Shown here: piece by piece, positions 17,055-25,015 of the stretch
Position numbering within the stretch: position 1 is the stretch's first letter
Layout: every line of letters starts with the position of its first letter
Source of the DNA: a virus
Lineage: Duplodnaviria; Caudoviricetes
Strand: one strand, 5' to 3'
Virus record (IMG/VR): IMGVR_UViG_3300020037_006332
Coordinates: 8,561-72,560 of that record
Length of the DNA: 64,000 nucleotides
The notes under the pieces: model-generated
What the model saw: only the letters and a program-made list of their open reading frames with translations
Database searches by the model: none
Told to the model about the DNA's origin: nothing
Translations under genes and position numbers: made by a program

Positions 17055-18743
17055 TTAAATTCCTAGTCCTAGGCCGGTCGATAGCCCGGGCTCGTCGTCC
17101 CTGGGGTAGAGCGTGTTGAGTAGTTCCCGGCGGGCCAGTGCTTTCCAGCTACTCGCGTCGGTCGTGTAGTATTTAGTAACCGTTTCGGCCGTGATAATCT
17201 GCCCATTGGTGGTGCTGTTAATGCCGTCTAGGCGGATGTAAATACGGCGGCCGTCGACGCTGTAGATGATGAGCCACGTCTGGGCTAGCGAGTAGCCTTG
17301 CAGCATCATAAATAGGGCCATCTGGCCAGTCGTCGGGCTCCACTGGGCAATTGCCACGGTCCCCTGGTCGCACGTGAAATCGGACGCTGAGACGGTCGAG
17401 TCGTGCAGCGTGTTGCCGTTAATGTCAAAGGCTACGAAATCGGCAAACCCTGCCGGCCGGCTGGTGCGAATGTAAGCCGGATTGATGGTGCGGCCATCGT
17501 TGCGACGCTGGAGCGTAATAAGGGCCTGACGCGAGTTCGCGGTGAGGGTCGAGACTTCGGTGTGGTAGAACGAAACCCCTAGCTCGGTCGTGCGAGTCGT
17601 GCGGATCGACGTGGTGGCTTCGTAAAGCTGGCCGTTGCTGTAATTCACGGCGGCGGCCCCGTCTAGCGAAATAGTGAACGACGTGAGTGTCTCGTTTTTG
17701 TGTGGGCCGCCGCACCAGCCAGCGGACCCACCTAGGTAATCGGTAGACACTCCATCGTTAATTACGACGCCTTCATCGCCTTCAGCTCCGGCGGCGGTCT
17801 GGGCTGTTACCCGCTGGCCGTTGTACCAGATGCAGTATGGCGAGCCGCATAGATCGACGGCCGGGTTGTAGTGCAGCGTACCGACTTTTAGCTCGCTACT
17901 GCCGCTGATTCCAGAGAGTGACAGCGGCCATTCTGCCAGCCACTCGGCGACGGCGGCGTCGCCGGGGTAGTCGGAATAAATGGCTCCGGTGATAAATTGG
18001 CCGGGGAAAAATTGGGTGGTAAAGTCGGCCCGATTCAGCAGGATCGTGTTGTAGGCCGCATTGCCCACGTAGGGCGTGCCGGAGACTTGGCCGTAGCATT
18101 TCCGGCCCTGGCCTACGCGGGCCCACGATAGCCCGGTTGGCTGAATGTAGCCCATGAAAACCATCGGGCTCGGCACGAGCTGATAAAGGTCGTCTTCCAG
18201 GTATAGGTCGATCAGCGGCGTAGCGTTAGCGTTTTTGATATCGACGCGGGCCACGCTGCCGCTGGTCTTGCGGTAAATTCCGCCGGTCGAGACGCCGCTA
18301 ACAAACCCCTGCGTGGATAGCCCGAAACCCTGGTTAGCGGTGGCCGTAGAGGTCAAGCTGACGTGGTTCGTGATAATCGGCCGGGTGGTGACCATGCCTA
18401 CGGACGGGATAAAAACCGTCACGAAAAACATTTTCGGCGTTTCGTGGATGGCCTTGGCGTAAGACGTGCTATTGTGCCGAAGTCCCCGGGCGGTGGTCCC
18501 CTGGGTGCTGAGATACCCGTAGCCGCTGTCTGCCAGCGGGAAGCGGTATTCTGTGCTGGGGGCGATTGATGGGGCGGTGAAGTTCACGCCAACAATCCCG
18601 GTCTGGATCGTCCCCACTAGGTCGCCGGCGGCTGCCGCTGCTCCGCCGTCGCTGTTGTTTCCCTTGAAGTATCGGGACGGCTGGGCCGCCTGCGACGGGA
18701 TGTAAAACAGCAAGTTTGGGTGGGAATTGGGGTCGAATGTCAT
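17055..18743 (-). CDS. Putative virion fibre or decoration protein
   Basis: 562-aa Thr/Gly/Ser-rich beta-type ORF next to the spike-base gene; start at MTFDPN. Confidence 0.6.
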   Translation of the reverse strand: MTFDPNSHPNLLFYIPSQAAQPSRYFKGNNSDGGAAAAAGDLVGTIQTGIVGVNFTAPSIAPSTEYRFPLADSGYGYLSTQGTTARGLRHNSTSYAKAIHETPKMFFVTVFIPSVGMVTTRPIITNHVSLTSTATANQGFGLSTQGFVSGVSTGGIYRKTSGSVARVDIKNANATPLIDLYLEDDLYQLVPSPMVFMGYIQPTGLSWARVGQGRKCYGQVSGTPYVGNAAYNTILLNRADFTTQFFPGQFITGAIYSDYPGDAAVAEWLAEWPLSLSGISGSSELKVGTLHYNPAVDLCGSPYCIWYNGQRVTAQTAAGAEGDEGVVINDGVSTDYLGGSAGWCGGPHKNETLTSFTISLDGAAAVNYSNGQLYEATTSIRTTRTTELGVSFYHTEVSTLTANSRQALITLQRRNDGRTINPAYIRTSRPAGFADFVAFDINGNTLHDSTVSASDFTCDQGTVAIAQWSPTTGQMALFMMLQGYSLAQTWLIIYSVDGRRIYIRLDGINSTTNGQIITAETVTKYYTTDASSWKALARRELLNTLYPRDDEPGLSTGLGLGI

Positions 18744-18745
18744 GG

Positions 18746-19054
18746 CTATGGCGTTCGCTTCTCTTTGATTTCGGCCCGTAGGTCTGTGATTTGCTGCTGG
18801 ACGTTGACTAGCTGCTGGCGAATCTCGGCGGCCAGTACAGCACTGGAGCGGATTTCGCTTTGGTGGGTGTCCACAATCCTGGTCTGGGTGGCAAGAATGC
18901 TTTCCATGACGGCCATCCGGCCGTTGAGGGTCCAGGCCCAGCCGAAAATCGAGACAGCGGGCAGGATCACGAAGGCGGCGAAAGCCATCCATTCGCGGAC
19001 GCCAAACTCTACCCGTTGCGGGTGGCCACTGTCGCCGGGTGCGGTAACGTGCAT
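18746..19054 (-). CDS. Single-TM plus coiled-coil protein (holin/XhlA-like, tentative)
   Basis: Hydrophobic WMAFAAFVILPAVSIFGWAW followed by heptad repeats. Confidence 0.55.
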   Translation of the reverse strand: MHVTAPGDSGHPQRVEFGVREWMAFAAFVILPAVSIFGWAWTLNGRMAVMESILATQTRIVDTHQSEIRSSAVLAAEIRQQLVNVQQQITDLRAEIKEKRTP

Positions 19055-19091
19055 CGCATAGCGTCCCTGCTTGCTGTCGTGTGATTAAATG

Positions 19092-19262
19092 CCCCGCAAG
19101 CCCGGGGGATCGGCGTCATTGCCTGCCGGGCTTGCGGGGTTAGCGTCCATGCTTTGGGGTTTGATTTGATAGGCGGGGCCGCCGGCCGGAGTTTAGTAAC
19201 CGGCGGCCCCGTGGGCTGAAACCCTGGCCCAGTCGCCGGGCGAAAGGAACAAACTCCCGGCG
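19092..19262. other. Intergenic multi-hairpin element
   Basis: 14-bp stem 19092-19139, 12-bp stem 19174-19211, 7-bp stem near 19234-19262. Confidence 0.6.
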
Positions 19263-19290
19263 GTGGGTTCAGGCTTCAGAGGCGGACGGT

Positions 19291-19794
19291 TTAGCGGGTC
19301 GTGGTTTTGCTGACAGCGAAGCTCCGGCTAGTCGTGGTCTGGCCACGGCCTCGGAAAACGCGAGTCAGCAAACCGCCGCCGCTGCTGGCACTGGCATTGC
19401 AATTGCCGGTGGGACAAACGGGGACGGCGGCGACGAAAGCGGGCTGGGGCTGGCTGACGATAAACGCCTGGGGCTGGGACTGGGCCACCAGTACCGTAGC
19501 CTGGGGAGCCGGCAGCAAGAATGCCGCACTGGAGCTAGCCGGGGCCAGCGTGGGAGCGGCGGAACTTGCAGCAGCACTTGAGCCGCTGGAAGCACTGGCG
19601 GCCGATGCGGCGGCATTCTGGGCCGCACTGGCGTTCAGGGCCAACTGGCTGGCGATGGCCTGATTCAAATTCAGGTTGGGGACGGCCGAAATAGGGGCAT
19701 TGCATCCGGCGGCCCCGGCTGGGCACTGGGCAAAGGCGGCGGCGGGCAGGATCAAGGCGAGTGCGGCGACGGCCGCAAGCAAATAGCGAAACAT
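19291..19794 (-). CDS. Secreted low-complexity Ala/Ser-rich protein
   Basis: Signal peptide MFRYLLAAVAALALILPAAAFA-QC; paired Cys motifs CPAGAAGC and CPTGNC. Confidence 0.7.
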   Translation of the reverse strand: MFRYLLAAVAALALILPAAAFAQCPAGAAGCNAPISAVPNLNLNQAIASQLALNASAAQNAAASAASASSGSSAAASSAAPTLAPASSSAAFLLPAPQATVLVAQSQPQAFIVSQPQPAFVAAVPVCPTGNCNASASSGGGLLTRVFRGRGQTTTSRSFAVSKTTTR

Positions 19795-19885
19795 AACAAA
19801 CCTCCGTGTGTGCGGTTTCGTGACCATTGGCAAAGCTGGTCGGTCTGGTCGTAAGCGTAGCAAATTGGCGGGCGGGCTGGCTAGG

Positions 19886-19972
19886 TCACTCCGGCGGAAC
19901 GTGGTAAAGCACGGCTAAAATTGCGATTGCGGCGGCGATAATGGCGATTTGGAGCCAGAGGGCTGGCGGCAT
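19886..19972 (-). CDS. Small membrane peptide (28 aa)
   Basis: MPPALWLQIAIIAAAIAILAVLYHVPPE, directly after the upstream stop. Confidence 0.5.
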   Translation of the reverse strand: MPPALWLQIAIIAAAIAILAVLYHVPPE

Positions 19973-19976
19973 GGGG

Positions 19977-20930
19977 TTAAAAACGCACCCGGTCCAGGAC
20001 TCCGGCCACGTCGTTGTAGATGCGATAATCGTTGCGTTTCTCGGGTGGCAAGGTGAGTAGGGCCCGGCCAAACTTGTCGAAAAAACTGGCCCAGAGGGCG
20101 GAGCCTCCATTTAGGGCCATCCGGGCTTGGGCGTAGGCTTCGGCCCAGAAATCGGCCCCGGCGGCGACTTGGCCCCGCTGGGCCCGGCTGGCAAAGCTCC
20201 GCAAGCTGCCGGCCACGATCTGGCAATCGGCTTGCAGCTCGGCGTTCGTGCGGCCTCGGCCGGTGGGAATCCAGGCGAGGACGTTCCGCTCTAGCTCGGC
20301 CTGCCGCTGTTCTTCGCGGGTGCGTGGGTTCTCGTGGGGCCCTGGTGGCGGCGGAGAGGGCGTCCCCTGCTGGATCACTGGCGGCGATGGCATCGCGGGC
20401 ATGGCGGCGGCCGGCTGCTGTTGTGGGGCCTGCTGGGGCTGTTGGGCGGGCTGCTGCTGGGGGACTTCGACAAACTGTGGTTCCAGAATCTCAAACTCCC
20501 ATTGATCGGTGGCGAGCCCCTTGGGTCCGCTTACGCTCACGCCGATTAAGTAGCGGCCGGGCTGGCGATTCGTGAATACGGCGGACTGGTTCCCTTTCAT
20601 GGGGACTAGGCCGGTGACGTCGGTATCAAGCCGGGGGCGGCCGTCCTGGTCCAGCACGAAAGCGGTGGCGGTCCAGACTGTAAACTCGATAACCCCGGTG
20701 GTGTCCAGGGTGAACGTGTTTTGGTCGCCTAGCTCGGCGTCGCGGGGGCCCTGGATGCTGACGGTGACGGGATCATTGGCGGCCAGCCGGGCGGCCTCTT
20801 GGGCCTGGATGGCCAGCTCCCGGGCGAGAATGGCGGCACGCTCGTCGGCCGTCACGGTGGGGGCCGTGTCGGCTGTTTCGTCGGGTGGCTGGCCGGTGAG
20901 GGCTGCCGCGATAATGAGGATCGCCAGCAT
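19977..20930 (-). CDS. Exported or membrane-anchored protein with Ig/PKD-like beta region and Gln/Pro linker
   Basis: Hydrophobic N-terminus, beta-rich middle, QQPAQQP linker. Confidence 0.65.
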   Translation of the reverse strand: MLAILIIAAALTGQPPDETADTAPTVTADERAAILARELAIQAQEAARLAANDPVTVSIQGPRDAELGDQNTFTLDTTGVIEFTVWTATAFVLDQDGRPRLDTDVTGLVPMKGNQSAVFTNRQPGRYLIGVSVSGPKGLATDQWEFEILEPQFVEVPQQQPAQQPQQAPQQQPAAAMPAMPSPPVIQQGTPSPPPPGPHENPRTREEQRQAELERNVLAWIPTGRGRTNAELQADCQIVAGSLRSFASRAQRGQVAAGADFWAEAYAQARMALNGGSALWASFFDKFGRALLTLPPEKRNDYRIYNDVAGVLDRVRF

Positions 20931-20933
20931 GGT

Positions 20934-21320
20934 CTACGCTTCCCTGTAAACCCAAACCCGGGAGCCGCATTCTTTGCGGATGGCTTCGGCAATCTCGGCG
21001 GGTTCGATATCGGGCACGAGCCACGTGCTGCGGTCCAGGGTGGCTTGCCCGTTGGTCCAGTATACAGCTTGGCCGATGAGAATCCGCCGGGGCTTCCCGT
21101 CGCGGCCTTTGGTCATGCTGTGGCCGATGAGGATTTCCAGGGTGGCCGGGCAATCCAGCTCGGCGGCCATCGCGTCGCATCCCTTGGCCCACGCCTTGAT
21201 ATGCTTCCAGTGTTTTTCAGGGGGCTGGCACTGGGCAAATAGCTCGGCCACGGGGCCAATGGCCACGCTCCCGGCGACGGCGGTGGCGGACGCGAGAAAC
21301 TTGCGACGGTCTTCGATCAT
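20934..21320 (-). CDS. Protein with twin-arginine (Tat) signal peptide
   Basis: MIEDRRKFLASATAVAGSVAIG...LFA-Q. Confidence 0.7.
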   Translation of the reverse strand: MIEDRRKFLASATAVAGSVAIGPVAELFAQCQPPEKHWKHIKAWAKGCDAMAAELDCPATLEILIGHSMTKGRDGKPRRILIGQAVYWTNGQATLDRSTWLVPDIEPAEIAEAIRKECGSRVWVYREA

Positions 21321-21345
21321 GGCAAACCTCCGTGTGGGTCAACGA

Positions 21346-21375
21346 AAACGCCCGGGGGTTAATTCCCGGGCGTTT
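21346..21375 (-). terminator. Terminator hairpin with AATTAACC loop
   Basis: AAACGCCCGGG/CCCGGGCGTTT stem followed by a U-rich tract on the minus strand. Confidence 0.7.
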
Positions 21376-21475
21376 AGTATAGCCAGCGGTCGGTGGTTGC
21401 CTAGATGCTGGGGCGAGCGACTTCACAAAGTCGAGCCTGTTCGCGTCGTCGCCGCCCCAGCGAGGGCACCCCGGT

Positions 21476-21802
21476 TTAGTATTCGCCGCTGTAGGCGTAT
21501 TCGCCGTGGTCCACGCTTTGGTAGTCTTCGACGGCCTGCTCGCCAAGGATGGTGTCGTTCAGGTGCTTGTCGTTCCGCAGATAGGCCAGAATCTCGGCCT
21601 TGTACTCGGGATGATCGACAAGCGGGACTTCGACGCCCCAGCGGTCGCCGTAGGTAATGACGGCTTCCAGGTCGACTAGCTCGACGTCGGAAATCTCGTG
21701 GTTGTGGACCTTGTAGCGTACCGAAACCCGGTAGCAGTTGTAGGGGCCGCCTAGGTCGGAATCGGGCTCGTAGTCGTAGGTGAATTCGTAGCGGTGGATC
21801 AT
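21476..21802 (-). CDS. Hypothetical acidic protein
   Basis: AGGAG RBS; 108-aa ORF. Confidence 0.7.
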   Translation of the reverse strand: MIHRYEFTYDYEPDSDLGGPYNCYRVSVRYKVHNHEISDVELVDLEAVITYGDRWGVEVPLVDHPEYKAEILAYLRNDKHLNDTILGEQAVEDYQSVDHGEYAYSGEY

Positions 21803-21901
21803 GGTAAAAACTCCTGTGCGATTTTTGAAACGGTCGAATGCAGCTTGGGGGGCGTCGGTTAGTGCTCCGCCTAGAGCACTTCCCGGGCCCTAGGTTAAAA
21901 A

Positions 21902-22147
21902 TCAGCCTTCGATATCGACGTAAGCCCAGCGGTTGCCGCCGCTGGTCATGCCTTCATAGCCGGCCGGCAGGCGAAGGTCGCCGTCGGCTGAGTGGAGCGT
22001 GTACTGCTGGAATGGTTCGCACGGGCGGCCCATTTCGTCGCGGTTGTACCACTGGACGTTGGAGACTTCACAGCGGCACCCCCAGAGATAGATCACGTCG
22101 CCATTCTTGACGTCCAGGGCAGTCGTGCGTTTGGTCGTGGTGGTCAT
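21902..22147 (-). CDS. Hypothetical protein (SH3-like beta, tentative)
   Basis: AAAGGA RBS before MTTTTK; promoter at 22197-22224. Confidence 0.7.
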   Translation of the reverse strand: MTTTTKRTTALDVKNGDVIYLWGCRCEVSNVQWYNRDEMGRPCEPFQQYTLHSADGDLRLPAGYEGMTSGGNRWAYVDIEG

Positions 22148-22196
22148 GTTTCGTTTCCTTTGCGATTTTTTGGTTTCGTTTCCGCCTGACCCTTGC

Positions 22197-22224
22197 ATTC
22201 TATCGTCTATTCGCTCGCTGTAAA
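22197..22224 (-). promoter_or_regulatory. Promoter with GCGAGCG box abutting the -35
   Basis: TTTACA-GCGAGCG...(16)-TAGAAT. Confidence 0.75.
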
Positions 22225-22272
22225 TAGACAAAATCCAAAATGGCCCGATAGAGGGGGGTGCGGTGGCTATAG

Positions 22273-22348
22273 AAAAAGCCCCGTAGCTGCTGCCCACGGG
22301 CGGGGGGCGGCGTTCGGCTTGCTTATATCAAGCCGGAGCTACGGGGCT
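22273..22348 (-). terminator. Branched hairpin with U-tract (terminator or structured RNA)
   Basis: 12-bp closing stem 22277-22288/22337-22348 enclosing a 7-bp and a 4-bp stem; A5 at 22273-22277. Confidence 0.6.
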
Positions 22349-22434
22349 CGTGTTCGTGGCGTGGCAGCCCCGGCTTACGGCACTCGCCTTTGACGGCGTT
22401 CACGGTTCGCCGGGGCTGGTTAGTCCACGCCTGC

Positions 22435-22716
22435 TTAGTTGTGCTTGTGCCGGCCTTCGGCGATTTGCTCGTTAATTTCGTTCTCCAGGTCGGGGAAGAA
22501 ATTCGCCAGCTCGGTCGCTAGGGCCTCGGCGTTCTCGTCGTCCTGCTGGGCCACCAGTCGCTTACGGTAGCTGTTGGCGGCGGCTGCGGACAAGATCAGC
22601 CCGATGTAGGCAAACGGCCACCATCGGCGGTCCCACGGGTTCCAGAGGGCAGCGATAGCCCCGGCCAGTAGCGTCCACTGGAGTACCCAAAGGCGTTTGA
22701 TGGTCAAGATTCGCAT
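22435..22716 (-). CDS. Two-TM membrane protein
   Basis: Two hydrophobic helices followed by an acidic tail. Confidence 0.65.
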   Translation of the reverse strand: MRILTIKRLWVLQWTLLAGAIAALWNPWDRRWWPFAYIGLILSAAAANSYRKRLVAQQDDENAEALATELANFFPDLENEINEQIAEGRHKHN

Positions 22717-23024
22717 GGGGGCGGGTTCCTTCCCTGGCGGTAGTCGCGGATGGCCTGGAATGAATAGGCAATAACTAGCGTGCGGCCGGGGAGGGCCACT
22801 CCCACAAACCAAAACCACGCTAGGAAGCTGTGGCCAGCGGCCTCGATGGTGTGCCATTCCCTGGTGAGCATGTCGGGGATTGTGAGCACGGCGACGGGCA
22901 GCAGGATCAGCCCCACGATGGCCCGGAGCCGTGGCAGGTAGCTCCCCAGCGGCGATATCAGCAGGCCGGTGACGAAACCGGCCACCAGCCACCACCATAG
23001 CGGTCTTTCGGGCAGGCCCATCAT
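22704..23024 (-). CDS. Three-TM membrane protein
   Basis: Three hydrophobic segments. Confidence 0.65.
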   Translation of the reverse strand: MMGLPERPLWWWLVAGFVTGLLISPLGSYLPRLRAIVGLILLPVAVLTIPDMLTREWHTIEAAGHSFLAWFWFVGVALPGRTLVIAYSFQAIRDYRQGRNPPPCES

Positions 23025-23025
23025 G

Positions 23026-23340
23026 CTAGTTAATATCCCCGTCCCGGACCACGGACGTCTTGCAAGGCAGGTGGGGAAAGTTCTCGGTAAGGGTTCGCAT
23101 TAGCAGCTCGGCCACGCGAATTTGATCGGCCTGAGTGGGCCTAGGCACGTCCACGTCACGATTCTCGAATGCCCCGGAGATTTGGGTAGCCATCGAAATG
23201 CAAGCCCCCACGAAGCCTAGGGCGTATTTTACGCGGTGTTCTTCGGGGACTTCCTGGCCGATGCTCTCGAACATCGTTTGCAGGGCTTCGCTAATTACGC
23301 GGGTTTCGGCGTAGGTGCTGGATTCCTTGGGCTCGTGCAT
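23026..23340 (-). CDS. Hypothetical protein
   Basis: 104-aa ORF abutting its downstream neighbour. Confidence 0.65.
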   Translation of the reverse strand: MHEPKESSTYAETRVISEALQTMFESIGQEVPEEHRVKYALGFVGACISMATQISGAFENRDVDVPRPTQADQIRVAELLMRTLTENFPHLPCKTSVVRDGDIN

Positions 23341-23392
23341 GGGCTGGACTTCCTTGATGGTTTGGCTGGTATTCGCCTTCGCGGGTTAATTT

Positions 23393-23902
23393 TCAGAATA
23401 GGCCGGCTGGCTGCGGGGTGTGGGCTGCCACGGTCTTGGATAGTCGCTTGTGCTTGGCTTTGCAGCATAACGTGCAAAGCGGGTGGAAGTCATTTGGTAA
23501 CTCATTCCCTAGGCGTTCCGTCGTGCGGTGGAACGGCTTCAAGGGCCCGGCCTTATTGCAGTCCGCACAGCGGTTGCCCCACGCGGCGGCCACGGCCTCG
23601 AATCGCTGCTTGAAATCGTGTGTTTCGTAGTAGTCGGCCAGCTCCGCCGGGGGCGTGTATTTGCCGGCTCCGTGGCCTCCGCTGACAGCTCCGATCAAGC
23701 CCCGGCGGCGAAAGTTGCCGGCTTGCCTGATTAGGGTCGCGTCGTCCAGGTGGGAGTAGTCTGGGCCAAGCTCTCGCCAAACCCGTGCCCAGTCGTCGGC
23801 CCCTAGGTTCTCGACGGTGCGGCCGGCGGCTTCGCATACTGATTGCAGAATCGGGACTAGGATTTTGGCGGGGACTTTGGTGACGGGGCGGCGGCGTTTC
23901 AT
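23393..23902 (-). CDS. Protein with C-terminal degenerate HNH/Zn domain
   Basis: CADCNKAGPLKPFHRTTERLGNELPNDFHPLCTLC; ATGA coupling. Confidence 0.6.
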   Translation of the reverse strand: MKRRRPVTKVPAKILVPILQSVCEAAGRTVENLGADDWARVWRELGPDYSHLDDATLIRQAGNFRRRGLIGAVSGGHGAGKYTPPAELADYYETHDFKQRFEAVAAAWGNRCADCNKAGPLKPFHRTTERLGNELPNDFHPLCTLCCKAKHKRLSKTVAAHTPQPAGLF

Positions 23903-24108
23903 GTTAGAAATTCCTCGAATGTGGCACTGACGGCTTCCAGCCCAGTGCGGGCGGCGAGCACGGCCTGGAGTTCGTAGGCGTCGCTGGGGTGCATTAGGAT
24001 CGGCTCGCGGCGGCCCTTGAGGGTTAATTTCCAGCGGTAGCCGCCTTTGCCGGGCGGGTCCAGCTTTACGATCATGCTCAAGTCCCACCCGCAGTAGATG
24101 CCATCCAT
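23899..24108 (-). CDS. Hypothetical protein
   Basis: 69-aa ORF after the promoter at 24234-24261. Confidence 0.55.
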   Translation of the reverse strand: MDGIYCGWDLSMIVKLDPPGKGGYRWKLTLKGRREPILMHPSDAYELQAVLAARTGLEAVSATFEEFLT

Positions 24109-24233
24109 GTCGCCCCCGCTAAATCGAACCGCCGCCGGGTGAGTTGATCCCGTGAGGGCACCCGGCGGCGGAATCGACTAACCAACCCTCGGGCCGGGTT
24201 CACTACGAGCTAGCCCGGCCACTCTCACGGCTT

Positions 24234-24261
24234 ACTATAGCGAGCGGTATGCGGGCGTCAA
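24234..24261 (-). promoter_or_regulatory. Sigma70-like promoter with CGCTCGC box
   Basis: TTGACG-16-TATAGT. Confidence 0.75.
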
Positions 24262-24268
24262 GCGGGCC

Positions 24269-25012
24269 CTAGATTTTACTAGCCCAGTAGTTAATTTCGT
24301 CCCGGGCGGCTACCTTGTGGAATTCAGGCTTACCTTTCAGCAGCGGGGCCAGTTGCTCCAGGACGTCGGCCATCGCTTCAGCTATCACTTTCTTCAGGTG
24401 GCCCAGCTCGTTGGGTGCTGGCGGCGGGGTCGGTTTAAGTGGCTTAGGATTCTTGGCGGCTAACTGCCGCTTGGCCTCTGGGATGGTGAGCGTGCCGGCT
24501 AGGACTTGCTCGGCTAGTTCAGGGGCCAGCTTTTCGAGCTTCACGGCGTCGGCCACGTACTGCCGGTTCGTGTTGGTTAGCTTGGCGGCTTGCGTGGTCG
24601 CCTTGCCGTTGTCGGAAACCCTAGGCAATTCTTTGCCTAGGGTTTTGCCACGCCCGCCGGAGCCGTTGGCCCCCTTGCCGGCCTTCATCCGCTCGGCGGC
24701 TTGCTCGGCCAGCATGGGAACGTACTTGGCAGCGATTTGGGCCCACTGGGATTTATTCAAATGCCTGCGGTGCAGGTTCAGGCTAATCACGTAGGCAATC
24801 GGGTCTTCGCATTCCTCCATTTCCCCGAAGTCCGGCTCGATGCCCAGCTCCAGGCAGGCCCGATAGCGGTTGCGGCCGTCCAGAATCTGGTCTTTCAGTA
24901 GCACGATGGTTTCCCGCTGGCCGTGCTTTTTAATGTCCGCCTTGAGTGCGGCAAATGCCTCGTCGGCCATCATGGGGAAGATCGCGGCGGCGGGGTGGGT
25001 TTCGTACTGCAT
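24269..25012 (-). CDS. ParB/Spo0J N-terminal domain protein
   Basis: HPAAAIFPMM...LKADIKKHG...ILDGRNRYRAC. Confidence 0.85.
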   Translation of the reverse strand: MQYETHPAAAIFPMMADEAFAALKADIKKHGQRETIVLLKDQILDGRNRYRACLELGIEPDFGEMEECEDPIAYVISLNLHRRHLNKSQWAQIAAKYVPMLAEQAAERMKAGKGANGSGGRGKTLGKELPRVSDNGKATTQAAKLTNTNRQYVADAVKLEKLAPELAEQVLAGTLTIPEAKRQLAAKNPKPLKPTPPPAPNELGHLKKVIAEAMADVLEQLAPLLKGKPEFHKVAARDEINYWASKI

Positions 25013-25015
25013 AGC

